A DNA stretch of 64,000 nt, taken from contig JAEYXS010000121.1 in NCBI GenBank assembly GCA_023431185.1, positions 6,261 through 70,260 on the forward strand. Direction: 5' to 3'. This document shows, piece by piece, positions 1 through 9,533 of this stretch. The stretch's first letter is position 1. The number at the start of each line of letters is the position of its first letter. The notes below the pieces were generated by a model. That model saw nothing but the letters and a program-made list of their open reading frames with translations, was not told the origin of the DNA and ran no database searches. The translations under genes and the position numbers were made by a program. This DNA comes from Verrucomicrobiota bacterium (GTDB taxonomy: Bacteria; Verrucomicrobiota; Verrucomicrobiia; Limisphaerales; JAEYXS01).

Positions 1-2039
1 TCGCGGTGGATTACGGCACCGAGCCCGTGAATAACCGTGTCCTCGCAGCCTGGGCGCAAGCGAATCACTACCCGCTCGCTGATGTCCCGCATCATTTTCA
101 CACTTTGCTTGGCAGCATTGAATATGAACTGCGTCGCTGCGCCGAGCTGGTCCGCTCGTGGATTCCTGAAGCCGAAAAGCTGGAACGCACACCCCAGCCC
201 ATCCGCCACTTGAATCTCTCGCTTCAGTGCGGCGGGTCCGATGCCTTCTCCGGTGTCTCCGGCAATCCGCTGGAAGGTTTCATCGTGAATGAAGTCATAC
301 GCAACGGCGGCAAGGCGAATCTCGCGGAGACGGATGAACTGGTCGGCGCGGAATCCTATGTGCTCAGCAATGTCCGCGATCTCCGCACGGCCAAGGCATT
401 CCTCAGCAAGATCACCCGCTTTGAAGAACGTGTGCGCTGGCACGGTGCCAGCTCCCAGACGAATCCCAGCGGCGGCAATCTCTATCGCGGTCTCTACAAC
501 ATCGCCATCAAGTCCATCGGTGCTAGCCACAAGAAAGCGCCGGATACACGGCTCGATTACGTGATCGATTACGGCCACCCGATGCCCGAGCCCGGCTTCT
601 ATTTCATGGACAGTCCCGGCAACGATCTCGAAAGCGTCGCGGGCCAGATGGCTTCCGGCTGCAACCTCACGCTCTTCAGCACCGGCAACGGCTCCATCAC
701 GAACTTTCCCTTCGTACCCACCATCAAGATCATGACGAACAGCAATCGCTTTCGCCTGCTCTCGAAGGAGATGGATATAAACGCCGGTCGCTATCTCGAT
801 GGTGAATCCTTTGAATCGCTCGGCAACGAAGCTTTCGAGCAAACTATCCGTGTCGCGTCGGGTGAACGCACCGCTGGTGAACGTGCTGGTCACGCACAGG
901 TCCAGCTCTGGCGTGAATGGCAACAGACGGAGCAACCGAAAGTCCCCACTTACGAGCTCACTCCATTACTCTCCGGCAAACCGATCTCACTGACTGCACA
1001 TGCACCCGCAGAGCTCGCCAGCTTGAATCTCCCCACGACCTTTGCCGCCCTGCCTGTCGGCTCGCATCTGGCCACGAGTAGCGTCCGCTTGATCCAGCCG
1101 ACCAGCCTCTGCGCGGCGCAAGTGTCCTTGATGATCGCGGACAAGCTGAATCACGATGCTCAGTTGAATCCCGCGAATGCCCCGCGCTTCGTCACTTTGC
1201 CGCACACGGAAGGCTGTGGTGTCTCCGGTGAAGCCATCGATATTTTGGAACGCACCATGGCAGGCTATCTCCTGCATCCCAGCGTGAGCCAGGCGCTGCT
1301 GCTGGAGCATGGTTGCGAGAAAACGCACAACGACACCATGCGCCAGTATTTGGGCGCAGCGGGCGCTGACCTCACCAAGTTCGGCTGGGCCAGCATCCAG
1401 CTTGATGGTGGCATCGATGCCGTCACCACACGTGTGCATGATTGGTTCGCGCAACAGCCTGTCACCAGCACCGCCGCTGCCCGTCAAAGCGCCAGCATCG
1501 CAAATCTTCGCATCGGTCTCAGCAGTGTTGGTCCGCTCGCGAAGGAAAGCGCGCAAGCTTTCGCTTTACTTGTCCGTCACTTGATCGAACACGGTGCCTC
1601 GGTCGTTGTCGCGAAGAATGCCTCCTTGCTACAAGATGTGAACTTCATTAGCAGCATCGCCAGCGACTTAACACCCACACTCGCCTACGCACAGAGATTT
1701 CAAACACCCGGTCTGCACGTGATGGATTGCCCTACCGATCACTGGGTGGAGACCACTACGGGTCTCGGTGCCTCCGGTGTCGAACTCGTTCTCGTTTTCA
1801 CCAGCGACCGCGTTTTGCAAGGACATCCCCTGCTCCCGGTTTTGCAAATCACCGAGAGCACCAAGCTCCCGGCGGAAGATGTGGATTTGCATCTCGCTTC
1901 CGGCACCAGCACCGAACGCGCCCGCTTGCTTTTCGACCTACTGCTCCGCACTGCCGAAGGCCGGCACGTTGCTGCTTCCTCGCAACGGAACAATCTCGAT
2001 TTCCAAGTCAGCCGCGGCCGCTTCGGTGTCTCGACCTAA
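1..2039 (+). CDS. UxaA-family (altronate/galactarate dehydratase-like) protein, 5' end cut by window edge; carries a second, degenerate UxaA-like module
   Basis: ORF is open to the window start. LQCGGSDAFSGVSGNP and LTLFSTGNGS..FVPTIKIMTNS resemble the UxaA C-terminal half (memory of E. coli UxaA). A second module follows with LPHTEGCG, LLEHGCEK and VELVLVFTSD..LLPVLQITES. Confidence 0.75.
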   Translation, partial: AVDYGTEPVNNRVLAAWAQANHYPLADVPHHFHTLLGSIEYELRRCAELVRSWIPEAEKLERTPQPIRHLNLSLQCGGSDAFSGVSGNPLEGFIVNEVIRNGGKANLAETDELVGAESYVLSNVRDLRTAKAFLSKITRFEERVRWHGASSQTNPSGGNLYRGLYNIAIKSIGASHKKAPDTRLDYVIDYGHPMPEPGFYFMDSPGNDLESVAGQMASGCNLTLFSTGNGSITNFPFVPTIKIMTNSNRFRLLSKEMDINAGRYLDGESFESLGNEAFEQTIRVASGERTAGERAGHAQVQLWREWQQTEQPKVPTYELTPLLSGKPISLTAHAPAELASLNLPTTFAALPVGSHLATSSVRLIQPTSLCAAQVSLMIADKLNHDAQLNPANAPRFVTLPHTEGCGVSGEAIDILERTMAGYLLHPSVSQALLLEHGCEKTHNDTMRQYLGAAGADLTKFGWASIQLDGGIDAVTTRVHDWFAQQPVTSTAAARQSASIANLRIGLSSVGPLAKESAQAFALLVRHLIEHGASVVVAKNASLLQDVNFISSIASDLTPTLAYAQRFQTPGLHVMDCPTDHWVETTTGLGASGVELVLVFTSDRVLQGHPLLPVLQITESTKLPAEDVDLHLASGTSTERARLLFDLLLRTAEGRHVAASSQRNNLDFQVSRGRFGVST

Positions 2040-2045
2040 GCCCAA

Positions 2046-2069
2046 GGAGCGCGGGACTGTGTCCCGCAG
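2046..2069. repeat. left arm of a perfect 24-bp inverted repeat; the arm is itself a hairpin
   Basis: GGAGCGCGGGACTGTGTCCCGCAG. The exact reverse complement is at 2177-2200. Internal palindrome GCGGGAC-tgt-GTCCCGC. Confidence 0.9.
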
Positions 2070-2176
2070 AACCATCCTTTAGAACTCGCTGGATCGAAAT
2101 ATTTCAGCGCTTTCGCAAGAGAAATTCTTTGTCAACGCTCAGGACATATCACCGTTCTGTGAAATCTTCCACCGTC

Positions 2177-2200
2177 CTGCGGGACACAGTCCCGCGCTCC
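2177..2200. repeat. right arm of the perfect 24-bp inverted repeat
   Basis: CTGCGGGACACAGTCCCGCGCTCC is the reverse complement of 2046-2069. The two arms are separated by a 107-nt A/T-richer spacer. Confidence 0.9.
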
Positions 2201-2287
2201 GCCCGGAATCCCTCGTAAGTTTGCGGAGCAAGGCAGATCGATGTTCCACTTTTGAATAATTCCCAGATCTCCTTCGTCAGTTCTCGC

Positions 2288-3664
2288 ATGTCCGAAACTG
2301 CCCAGGAGGTGGAGTTGGCGTTGGACCACCGCTGTCGTTTAGCGGTGGTCCTTGGTATTTGCCTCGTAGCATTCTTTTCGTCGCTGCGACTTGACGCGGC
2401 CGAACTCGAATATGCCCCTCAACTAAAACCCGCTCCGCTCAAGGGCTTGGAATCCTCCCACCAAAGCACAATCAGTTGGAACGTCATTCCCTTGAGCACA
2501 GTGATGAAAGGGCCAAACGAATTTGACTGGTCCTATCTGGAGAACAAACTCAATTATTCCAGTGCGGCAGGCAAAATGATGATCCTACGCCCCGTGATGG
2601 ATTACTTTTCGCCTCATCACCGTTTGCCACTATACCTTACCAATATCCCGGGAGCCACTTATACCGTACCGCGTGAATATGCTTTCCTTAATTATCCGCA
2701 AGGCGCAACCGTGCCCGTTTACACCAATGAATTCGTCCGCGCCGCCATCACAAATTTCATTCGCGCCTTTGGAGAAAAGTATGATGGAGATCCGCGCATC
2801 GGCTTTGTCGAAGCGGGGCTGATCGGCACTTGGGGCGAATGGTATAGCCTCAATCTTATCAAGTATCCGCACACCACGGTACCATTGGAGATGAAGGAGG
2901 AGATTTTGCAGACCTATCAGGATAGTTTCAAACGAACCAAAGTGCTGATGCGCTGGCCGGACAAAGATTTAGCCGGAAGGCCCTTCGGCTATCACGATGA
3001 TTGGTTTGCGCACTGGACTTCTCCAGATTCACTTTTCAGGATGCAAACCAAAGCGGGAACAAATGCGTTGTCACGTTGGCAAACGCACCCTATTGGTGCC
3101 CGGCTGCATCCAGATTTCGACACGGACTACAAATCCAACTCTCTCGACCTGTCGCTGGTCACTGAAGAAAAACTGCTAGCTTTGATCCGACGCGACCATA
3201 TCTCGTGGGTCAGATATCCCAGACCCAACCCCAGATACATTCCCTCAGTTGTGCTGGCAAACTTGGAAAAACTCGCACCCAAGATGGGTTATGAGCTTTA
3301 CGTCTCAACCGCAGACTGGACACTGAACAAGCTGGGTAAAAACCTGCAACTGAGCGCAACCATCACAAACACCGCCGTCGCGCCGTTTTACTACACTTGG
3401 CAGATGGAGGTCGGCCTGTGGCACAATGGCGAGCTGCAACAGACTTGGCCGGTCGATTGGGACATCACCCGCATCCTTCCCGGCGAAGACGCCATCATCT
3501 ACACCGCTACTTTGAATGAGTTTCCCCGCCGCTTGAAGAACGCCCGACTGTTATTGCATGTGGTGAACCCCATGAAAAGCGGCTTCCCCCTGCGCTTCGC
3601 CAACCAGACTCAAGATGCTGATCTGGATGGTTGGCTGACTTTGGGCAGCGTCGAAAACAAATGA
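2288..3664 (+). CDS. secreted hypothetical protein, possibly glycoside-hydrolase-like (DUF4832-like, from memory only)
   Basis: 470-aa ORF. ATG at 2288 precedes a hydrophobic signal-like segment (LAVVLGICLVAFFSS); the TTG at 2252 in the ORF track is an alternative start. Contains a GLIGTWGEWY motif. Looks lower in GC than its neighbours by eye. Confidence 0.55.
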   Translation: MSETAQEVELALDHRCRLAVVLGICLVAFFSSLRLDAAELEYAPQLKPAPLKGLESSHQSTISWNVIPLSTVMKGPNEFDWSYLENKLNYSSAAGKMMILRPVMDYFSPHHRLPLYLTNIPGATYTVPREYAFLNYPQGATVPVYTNEFVRAAITNFIRAFGEKYDGDPRIGFVEAGLIGTWGEWYSLNLIKYPHTTVPLEMKEEILQTYQDSFKRTKVLMRWPDKDLAGRPFGYHDDWFAHWTSPDSLFRMQTKAGTNALSRWQTHPIGARLHPDFDTDYKSNSLDLSLVTEEKLLALIRRDHISWVRYPRPNPRYIPSVVLANLEKLAPKMGYELYVSTADWTLNKLGKNLQLSATITNTAVAPFYYTWQMEVGLWHNGELQQTWPVDWDITRILPGEDAIIYTATLNEFPRRLKNARLLLHVVNPMKSGFPLRFANQTQDADLDGWLTLGSVENK

Positions 3665-5028
3665 CATTCCCTCCGTATGACGTAGCATTGTCGTCTCAAC
3701 CCATGAGGAGAAAGCATGTCATGCTCGTGAGTTGCGCAGTGATCATCATCTGCGCCCTCCTCTACCATTTCACCCGCCCGCCTGACCCGGTCTATGAGGG
3801 ACGCAAATTAAGCGATTGGTTAAAGGACTTGGAGCCACAAACTGCCGGAAGTGGATTCATCCGGTTCGTTGAATTGTATCGCGAAGACGACGAAGGACAT
3901 GAACATAATGAAGCTGTCAACGCCGTTCAAAAGATAGGCACAAGAGCACTCCCCTACTTAAGATTAAAAATCGCCAAGCAATCAAATTTTCTGTGGGACA
4001 ATCTCCCGGATTTTCTGGCAAAACGTCTTGTCTCTCTGGAAGACAGCACAGTCCGTTGGCAAAAAGAACGCAGCGAATTGCATCAATGCCTCTTCGCTTG
4101 CTACATCTTGGGACCATCTGCGGGTGAGTTGACGCCCGATATTTTCGAATCCGCCATGGATGGTGGCCCAACTGTGATTTGGTCGGTTCTCACCAGAGTC
4201 GGCTCGAATGCCGTACCCCATCTGATTCCCATGCTCTCAATCACCAATGAAGGCAGGCATGGTATGGCTTTGGATTTTCTCGAAGGGATTGGCCCAAGCG
4301 CTTCCGCAGCCATTCCTGAAGTTATCCGCATGTTGGACACCCTGAATCAGGATGATCTGAGTTCCGCCGCTTTTACCCTGGCCAGAATTACGGACAATCC
4401 TCAAAAAACAATTGAGCCATTGCTCAAGCTCCTGTCCGGAACCAACAGTCAAATCCATGGAAGTATTGCCGAAGCGATGTTCGATTGGGACTCTGCAGGC
4501 AAGAATGCCGGTCCTGCTTTATTAAGGCTCGCGCAAGACACCAACAGCATCGCCAGAATCTCCGCCACCATCGCCTTGGGCAAAGTCGCTCCAGATCTGG
4601 CCACCAATGTCCTGCACGAACTTAAACAGATCGCACTTACCAATACCTGGCACGCCTACCGGGCCAGGGAAACATTGGTATCTATGGGACCGCTGGCGAA
4701 GCCTGTGGTTGATGAGATGTTGAACCAAGCGATTATCGCGAAGCTGGATAAAGATTGTAACCTGGCAAAAGCGGTGATTGCCATTGATCCCATCAAAGGA
4801 AGACTCCTCGTTCCAGTTTTGATCAAACATCTGGGCAAACACGCTTATGAAAAAGAGATGGCGCTGGAAGCCTTGTCTCTATTGGGAGAATCCGCGCACG
4901 CGGCCTTGCCAGCAATCACTCCGTTGCTCAACGACGAATACCTTGAAGTCCGCAAACGCGCCACCAACGCCCTCCACTCCATCACATCCGCGCCTTCAGC
5001 AGCTTCCACACGCGCAACGCCTCCGTGA
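3661..5028 (+). CDS. HEAT-repeat protein with N-terminal membrane anchor
   Basis: ATG at 3661 overlaps the upstream stop (ATGA). TM segment VMLVSCAVIIICALLY. Repeated helical units such as ALEALSLLGESAHAALPAITPLLNDEYLEVRKRATNAL. Confidence 0.7.
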   Translation: MTFPPYDVALSSQPMRRKHVMLVSCAVIIICALLYHFTRPPDPVYEGRKLSDWLKDLEPQTAGSGFIRFVELYREDDEGHEHNEAVNAVQKIGTRALPYLRLKIAKQSNFLWDNLPDFLAKRLVSLEDSTVRWQKERSELHQCLFACYILGPSAGELTPDIFESAMDGGPTVIWSVLTRVGSNAVPHLIPMLSITNEGRHGMALDFLEGIGPSASAAIPEVIRMLDTLNQDDLSSAAFTLARITDNPQKTIEPLLKLLSGTNSQIHGSIAEAMFDWDSAGKNAGPALLRLAQDTNSIARISATIALGKVAPDLATNVLHELKQIALTNTWHAYRARETLVSMGPLAKPVVDEMLNQAIIAKLDKDCNLAKAVIAIDPIKGRLLVPVLIKHLGKHAYEKEMALEALSLLGESAHAALPAITPLLNDEYLEVRKRATNALHSITSAPSAASTRATPP

Positions 5029-8000
5029 CACCCCACGCTTGAGCGTCGCAGCCACGTTGTTGATGCGGTGCATCGCCATCAATCACTTCCGGGATCTGCC
5101 CCACGCAGCCTTCCACCATCATGCGGTCCATGCTGCCGAGATAAGCTCGCGCCGCCGCGACCGCATCCGGCGAGTGATTCCACGCCACCGCCATCGCTTC
5201 GCAGAAGCCCGGGAACGTCCAGGTCCATGCGGTGCCGTTGTGATACGCCGGTTTGCGCCGTGTGTCCTCATCCCCTTCGTAACGACCCCAATAAGGATTC
5301 GCCGGATCATTCAGCAGCCAGCCGCTGATTGAATGAATGGGCAATTGCAGATCCACAGGCAGCGGTGCCAGTGAACGTAACGCTCCCGGCACCACCAGCC
5401 AGCGCCGAACCGCATCCACGCAACGCCGCGCCCGGTCACCGGCCACGATGCCCAAGCTCACCGCCAGCACGCAGTTGCTGCGCAAGGCCGTGTCCACTGC
5501 CGCTTGTCGTGCAGGCGTGTGCGCCGGTGCGCGGAGACAATCCGCATACCAACCCAGCCGTTCGCTCCAGAAAAGATCTTCCAACGATTTAGTCGCCCGG
5601 TCAGCGATAGTCAGCCATGGCTCATCCAGCTTCGACGCGCCCAACCGCTCCAGTAATCGCAAGAGGCGTATCCACAACGCCTGGATCTCGATGGGATAGC
5701 CTTCACGCGGCGTGCCAGCGGGATAATTCGTATCCATCCATGTAAAATGGCTCGGACTCCAGACCAGGCCCGTATCCGCATCCACACGAATGCCATTCGC
5801 CGTTCCACGCAAGTAACCCGCCGCGATAGACCGCAGCACGTCCAGCACTGTGCGGCCATGCTCATCCACTGCAGTGGTGTAAACGGACGGCCCCATCACG
5901 CCTGCCAAATCCTCGCATACCACGCCATACCAGAGCGGCGCATCCGTCGTATCACGGTTCGAGGCATCCTCGCCATGGATCGTGTTCGGCAACGTACCGT
6001 GCTGCTCGAACCGTCCGAACACCTTCACCAGCTCCATGACCTCCAATGCCCCACCCGCTGCGATATAGCCCCGCGCCGCGATGAGCGAATCCCGCCCCCA
6101 ATCGAGGAACCACGGATAGCCGGCGATAACCGTCTTGCCCGGGCCACGCTTCACCAGATACGCCAGCGCACCAATCGCGAGCTGACGTCCGAACCCATCG
6201 TTGCCTGCGATATCCGCCGCCGTCACCGCCGCTTCCACGCGACGTTGCCGTTGCTCGATGAAGCCATCCACAGCCACCTGATCGGACTGCGCTTCCGCCG
6301 TCGCCAGCAACGTCACCGCCGCACCTGACTTCAATGGCAGATCAAACCACCCGGGACTGTAAGCATCCCCAAAGCCAGTCTGCCCGCGTGAAGCCTCCAC
6401 CGAATGAGACAACCCTTGCGACCACTCAGGTAAGGGATGATATGTGCCCACATCCGCCGTCACCCGCACCTGCCGGTCAGCCGCCGGTGTGAACGCAAAT
6501 CCGACCGCCCCTTGCAGGCCATGGCAGTTGCTGGTGAAATGATGTTCCGAACCACCGTTCCGCGTCGTCTCCCAATGAAAATTGCGGTCCTCAATGTCGA
6601 AGCGCGCCGTGATGCGCACCTCGCATTCACGTGGCAAAGGCCGCCCCATCTCCGGTGCCGCACCCGAGCGATGCAGGCGCAGCACCACGGCATTGCGCCC
6701 CTCCAGCATGTCCACCACCAGATGCACTTCCACCGCCCGGCCATCGCCCGCAGTACAGAGGAAACGCCAATGCGCCGGTGGGCCTGCTTCAAAGCTTAAC
6801 AGCGTGCTCGCATCCAAGGGCGTGATGAAGCCATCCGCATTCACCCACAGCCGCACGCGTTTCAGGAACACATGGCGATCCACCGGTATCTCCGCATTCA
6901 GATTCGCCCCGAGCACGCAATCATACTTGGACTTCACCTTGCCGAGGTCCACACACATGCGTGTCATGGCCCCACGCCCATTCGTCAGCAGCACCAATGG
7001 CGCATTCAACCCATTCGGCAAGCCATGCCCGCCCTGGATGCTCAATGGCTGCAGCACGGACGGAGCCTTGCCCACGCAACGCACGGCGGCCTTCACGGTA
7101 TCTGGAGTCGGCCCGAAGCGTTCAAGTTTCAGTATCGCATCACCCAAAGGCTCCACGATACGGAACAACGCGATGTGATGCCCATCCAGTTGGATACTGT
7201 TCTGAAAACCGATGCGCCGATGGCAACCATTCTCCAGCCACGCGCGGAAGGGATGCTTCTCCTCCACCAGCAACCAATGAAATAGCGGCACTACCGTGAC
7301 CCGGGTGATGTCCTGCGACGTCCACTTCACCACCGGTGAATACAGTTGGAACACCGACACGGCGCGCAAGGCACCCAGCAAGTCTTTGGTCGCGGCCACC
7401 GGTTCGACATGCGCCGCGGCCGTCAAAAAACGTGCCGGATCGCTGGTGAACCAGCCCGCAATTTCTGTCCATTCAACTGGCCCGATCTCCTCTTCCTCCA
7501 ACACGTGTGACAAGGCCGTGAAAGCGAGGGCTGCTTGTGCCCGCTTGCGGCGGTAGCTTGGACCACCGAGACCGCGTGGCAAAGTCTCCGCCGCTAGGCA
7601 ATGCACCGCACCCGGTGCGAGTTTGATTCGCCAGCGGCCCGGCCCATGTGCGTCCAGCTTGACCGGTTCCCGCTCCGTCAACTCCATCGGCATATCGCCC
7701 AGGAATTCCAGCCCGCCCAGTTCCGTTGAATGCGCGTGCTTCTGGTCTGTATTGGCCAGAATGAGAAGCGAATCCTTGCCGTCATTGGAGTCACGCCGCA
7801 GTGCATACACCGGAACACCCGGCGCGGACAATCGCGTGAGTTTGGCGTTGTCGAAGAAACAAGGATGGTCCGTCAGCAGATGATTCAAGGCGCTCAGCTC
7901 ACCGATCAAATTCGCTCCCCCGCCCCAGTTCAGGCCCCGGCTGGAATGGACATTGAACTTCTCCGCCGCCAGCCATTCCACCCCGCAGGTGAAACCAAAA

Positions 8001-9346
8001 CCGCCGCTCACACTCGTCAACGCGCTCAGGCGGTTGCGATGCCGCGACCATTCCGGACTCGTGGCCGCGAGACGGTTGTTATCGTGCGTCTCGCTGTAGT
8101 GGATGAGCAGACCGACGCGCTCACTCTGCTTCAGTCCGTGATCGAGATAACCGGAGACTTGGAGCGCATCAAGATTCTGGAACAACTCAGAGTAAGCCCA
8201 CTGCATGCCGCCCTCGGTGAGCAGATTCGCCGTGTCATCCCAACCACCGCCCAAACCCTCGAGCAGGAAAACTATGTCAGGAAATTCCTGATGTACTTTG
8301 GCCGTGATGTATTGCCAGACGGGCATAGGAATCTTGTAGCCCGCATCACAACGGAACCCGTCCACCCCGCGCCGGCACCAGACCAGCAACGCCTCCGCCA
8401 GATGCTCCCACAAACCGGGAAACCGCTGATCCAATTCCACCAGATCTTCCCATGTCACCCCCCAGGCACCGGGACTTTCAAACTCGCCATCCTTCTTCCG
8501 CACAAACCATTCGGGATGATTCTCCTGCAGCCACGAGCCCCAGCCCGTGTGGTTCAGCACAATATCCAGAAAGACGCGGCCACCGCGGGCATGCACGGCA
8601 GAGGTCAACTCGCAGAACTGGTCCACACCCGTGGTGCGTTTGTCGAAAACGACGAGGGCCGGATCAATCGCCGTCAGATCCTCACACGCATACGGACTGC
8701 CATATCGGCCGAAGCGCGCATACGTCGTCGGCGTGGGATTCACCGGCAACAGATGCAAAATGCGGCTGCCCAAGGTGTCAAAGATATGCGGCAGTTCGGC
8801 GATGAGATCGCGCAGCTTACCCGAGGGTGGGATCACCGTGTAGCCCTGCGCATCCAGCTTCTTCCACTCGGCCTCCTGCTTTTCATCCACCGTTGTCGCG
8901 AGTGTCTTGCTCGGACCAAACATGCGCGGAAACGCACAATAAATCGTATTCCCCGTGCGACACCAATCTGGCTGGATGCTCAGGCCGAAGTCAGCGCCAT
9001 CCGGCCAGTGCTGGTAACCGTGCTCATCGATGAGGTAGGCCTTAGATTTGAAAAAGCCGACTTCTGTCAGCGGCAGTTCCAGCTCCCAAGCATCACCTAC
9101 TCGTTGCATCGGGATATCCCGCCAGGAAGCTCCCGCCAAGGGCAACGGCCGAAAATGGGCAGCGACAATCTCCGCCCGTAGCTGCCGGGCGCGACCGAGA
9201 TTCGTGCGCAAGCGCGCTTGCCAGCGTCCGCCCGCCGTTGGTGCCTCGATGCGAAAACGGATACGATCACCGACGAAGCGCACGAGGCGTTCGCCGGGAG
9301 CTGGCGTCATTTGTGGTCGATGCATCCGTTTATTGCTGCCGGCCAA
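4982..9346 (-). CDS. fusion of a GH13 alpha-amylase-family catalytic domain and an amylo-alpha-1,6-glucosidase (GDE_C-like) domain
   Basis: 1454-aa ORF. The N-terminal half has GH13-like regions DIVLNHTG, GFRCDAGYK, FLLEGLGG and YSETHDN. The C-terminal half has GYPWFLDWGRDS and AYHNGTAWTW, typical of glycogen-debranching six-hairpin domains. Confidence 0.8.
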   Translation of the reverse strand: MAGSNKRMHRPQMTPAPGERLVRFVGDRIRFRIEAPTAGGRWQARLRTNLGRARQLRAEIVAAHFRPLPLAGASWRDIPMQRVGDAWELELPLTEVGFFKSKAYLIDEHGYQHWPDGADFGLSIQPDWCRTGNTIYCAFPRMFGPSKTLATTVDEKQEAEWKKLDAQGYTVIPPSGKLRDLIAELPHIFDTLGSRILHLLPVNPTPTTYARFGRYGSPYACEDLTAIDPALVVFDKRTTGVDQFCELTSAVHARGGRVFLDIVLNHTGWGSWLQENHPEWFVRKKDGEFESPGAWGVTWEDLVELDQRFPGLWEHLAEALLVWCRRGVDGFRCDAGYKIPMPVWQYITAKVHQEFPDIVFLLEGLGGGWDDTANLLTEGGMQWAYSELFQNLDALQVSGYLDHGLKQSERVGLLIHYSETHDNNRLAATSPEWSRHRNRLSALTSVSGGFGFTCGVEWLAAEKFNVHSSRGLNWGGGANLIGELSALNHLLTDHPCFFDNAKLTRLSAPGVPVYALRRDSNDGKDSLLILANTDQKHAHSTELGGLEFLGDMPMELTEREPVKLDAHGPGRWRIKLAPGAVHCLAAETLPRGLGGPSYRRKRAQAALAFTALSHVLEEEEIGPVEWTEIAGWFTSDPARFLTAAAHVEPVAATKDLLGALRAVSVFQLYSPVVKWTSQDITRVTVVPLFHWLLVEEKHPFRAWLENGCHRRIGFQNSIQLDGHHIALFRIVEPLGDAILKLERFGPTPDTVKAAVRCVGKAPSVLQPLSIQGGHGLPNGLNAPLVLLTNGRGAMTRMCVDLGKVKSKYDCVLGANLNAEIPVDRHVFLKRVRLWVNADGFITPLDASTLLSFEAGPPAHWRFLCTAGDGRAVEVHLVVDMLEGRNAVVLRLHRSGAAPEMGRPLPRECEVRITARFDIEDRNFHWETTRNGGSEHHFTSNCHGLQGAVGFAFTPAADRQVRVTADVGTYHPLPEWSQGLSHSVEASRGQTGFGDAYSPGWFDLPLKSGAAVTLLATAEAQSDQVAVDGFIEQRQRRVEAAVTAADIAGNDGFGRQLAIGALAYLVKRGPGKTVIAGYPWFLDWGRDSLIAARGYIAAGGALEVMELVKVFGRFEQHGTLPNTIHGEDASNRDTTDAPLWYGVVCEDLAGVMGPSVYTTAVDEHGRTVLDVLRSIAAGYLRGTANGIRVDADTGLVWSPSHFTWMDTNYPAGTPREGYPIEIQALWIRLLRLLERLGASKLDEPWLTIADRATKSLEDLFWSERLGWYADCLRAPAHTPARQAAVDTALRSNCVLAVSLGIVAGDRARRCVDAVRRWLVVPGALRSLAPLPVDLQLPIHSISGWLLNDPANPYWGRYEGDEDTRRKPAYHNGTAWTWTFPGFCEAMAVAWNHSPDAVAAARAYLGSMDRMMVEGCVGQIPEVIDGDAPHQQRGCDAQAWGVTEALRVWKLLKARM

Positions 9347-9533
9347 CCATGGCCTGAACAGAGGCCCTTTGTTTTGCCCACCTGCCCCGCCAAGTCAACG
9401 CGCAAGGGCGGGCTTTCCTGAAAATGTTACATAGATAAAGCCTTGTGCGAGAAAATGTTTCAACGTTCATGGCAAAAACCGGACAGGATTTGCCATTGAG
9501 CGCTGCCCGGCTCCCGACTAACCTCGGCGCGAA

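Noticed and set aside
4982-5028. 47-nt convergent overlap between the HEAT-repeat ORF and the GH13/GDE ORF
   Set aside because: This is probably just the HEAT ORF running on to the next stop (a low-complexity Ser/Ala/Pro tail). I see no evidence of regulatory significance.
7730-9181. 483-aa + strand ORF, and similar long ORFs at 5747-6328, 6582-7178 and 8452-8805
   Set aside because: They lie entirely antisense to the GH13/GDE gene, which has clear family motifs. Their Arg/His/Pro/Gln-rich, low-complexity translations are typical of open antisense frames in GC-rich DNA.
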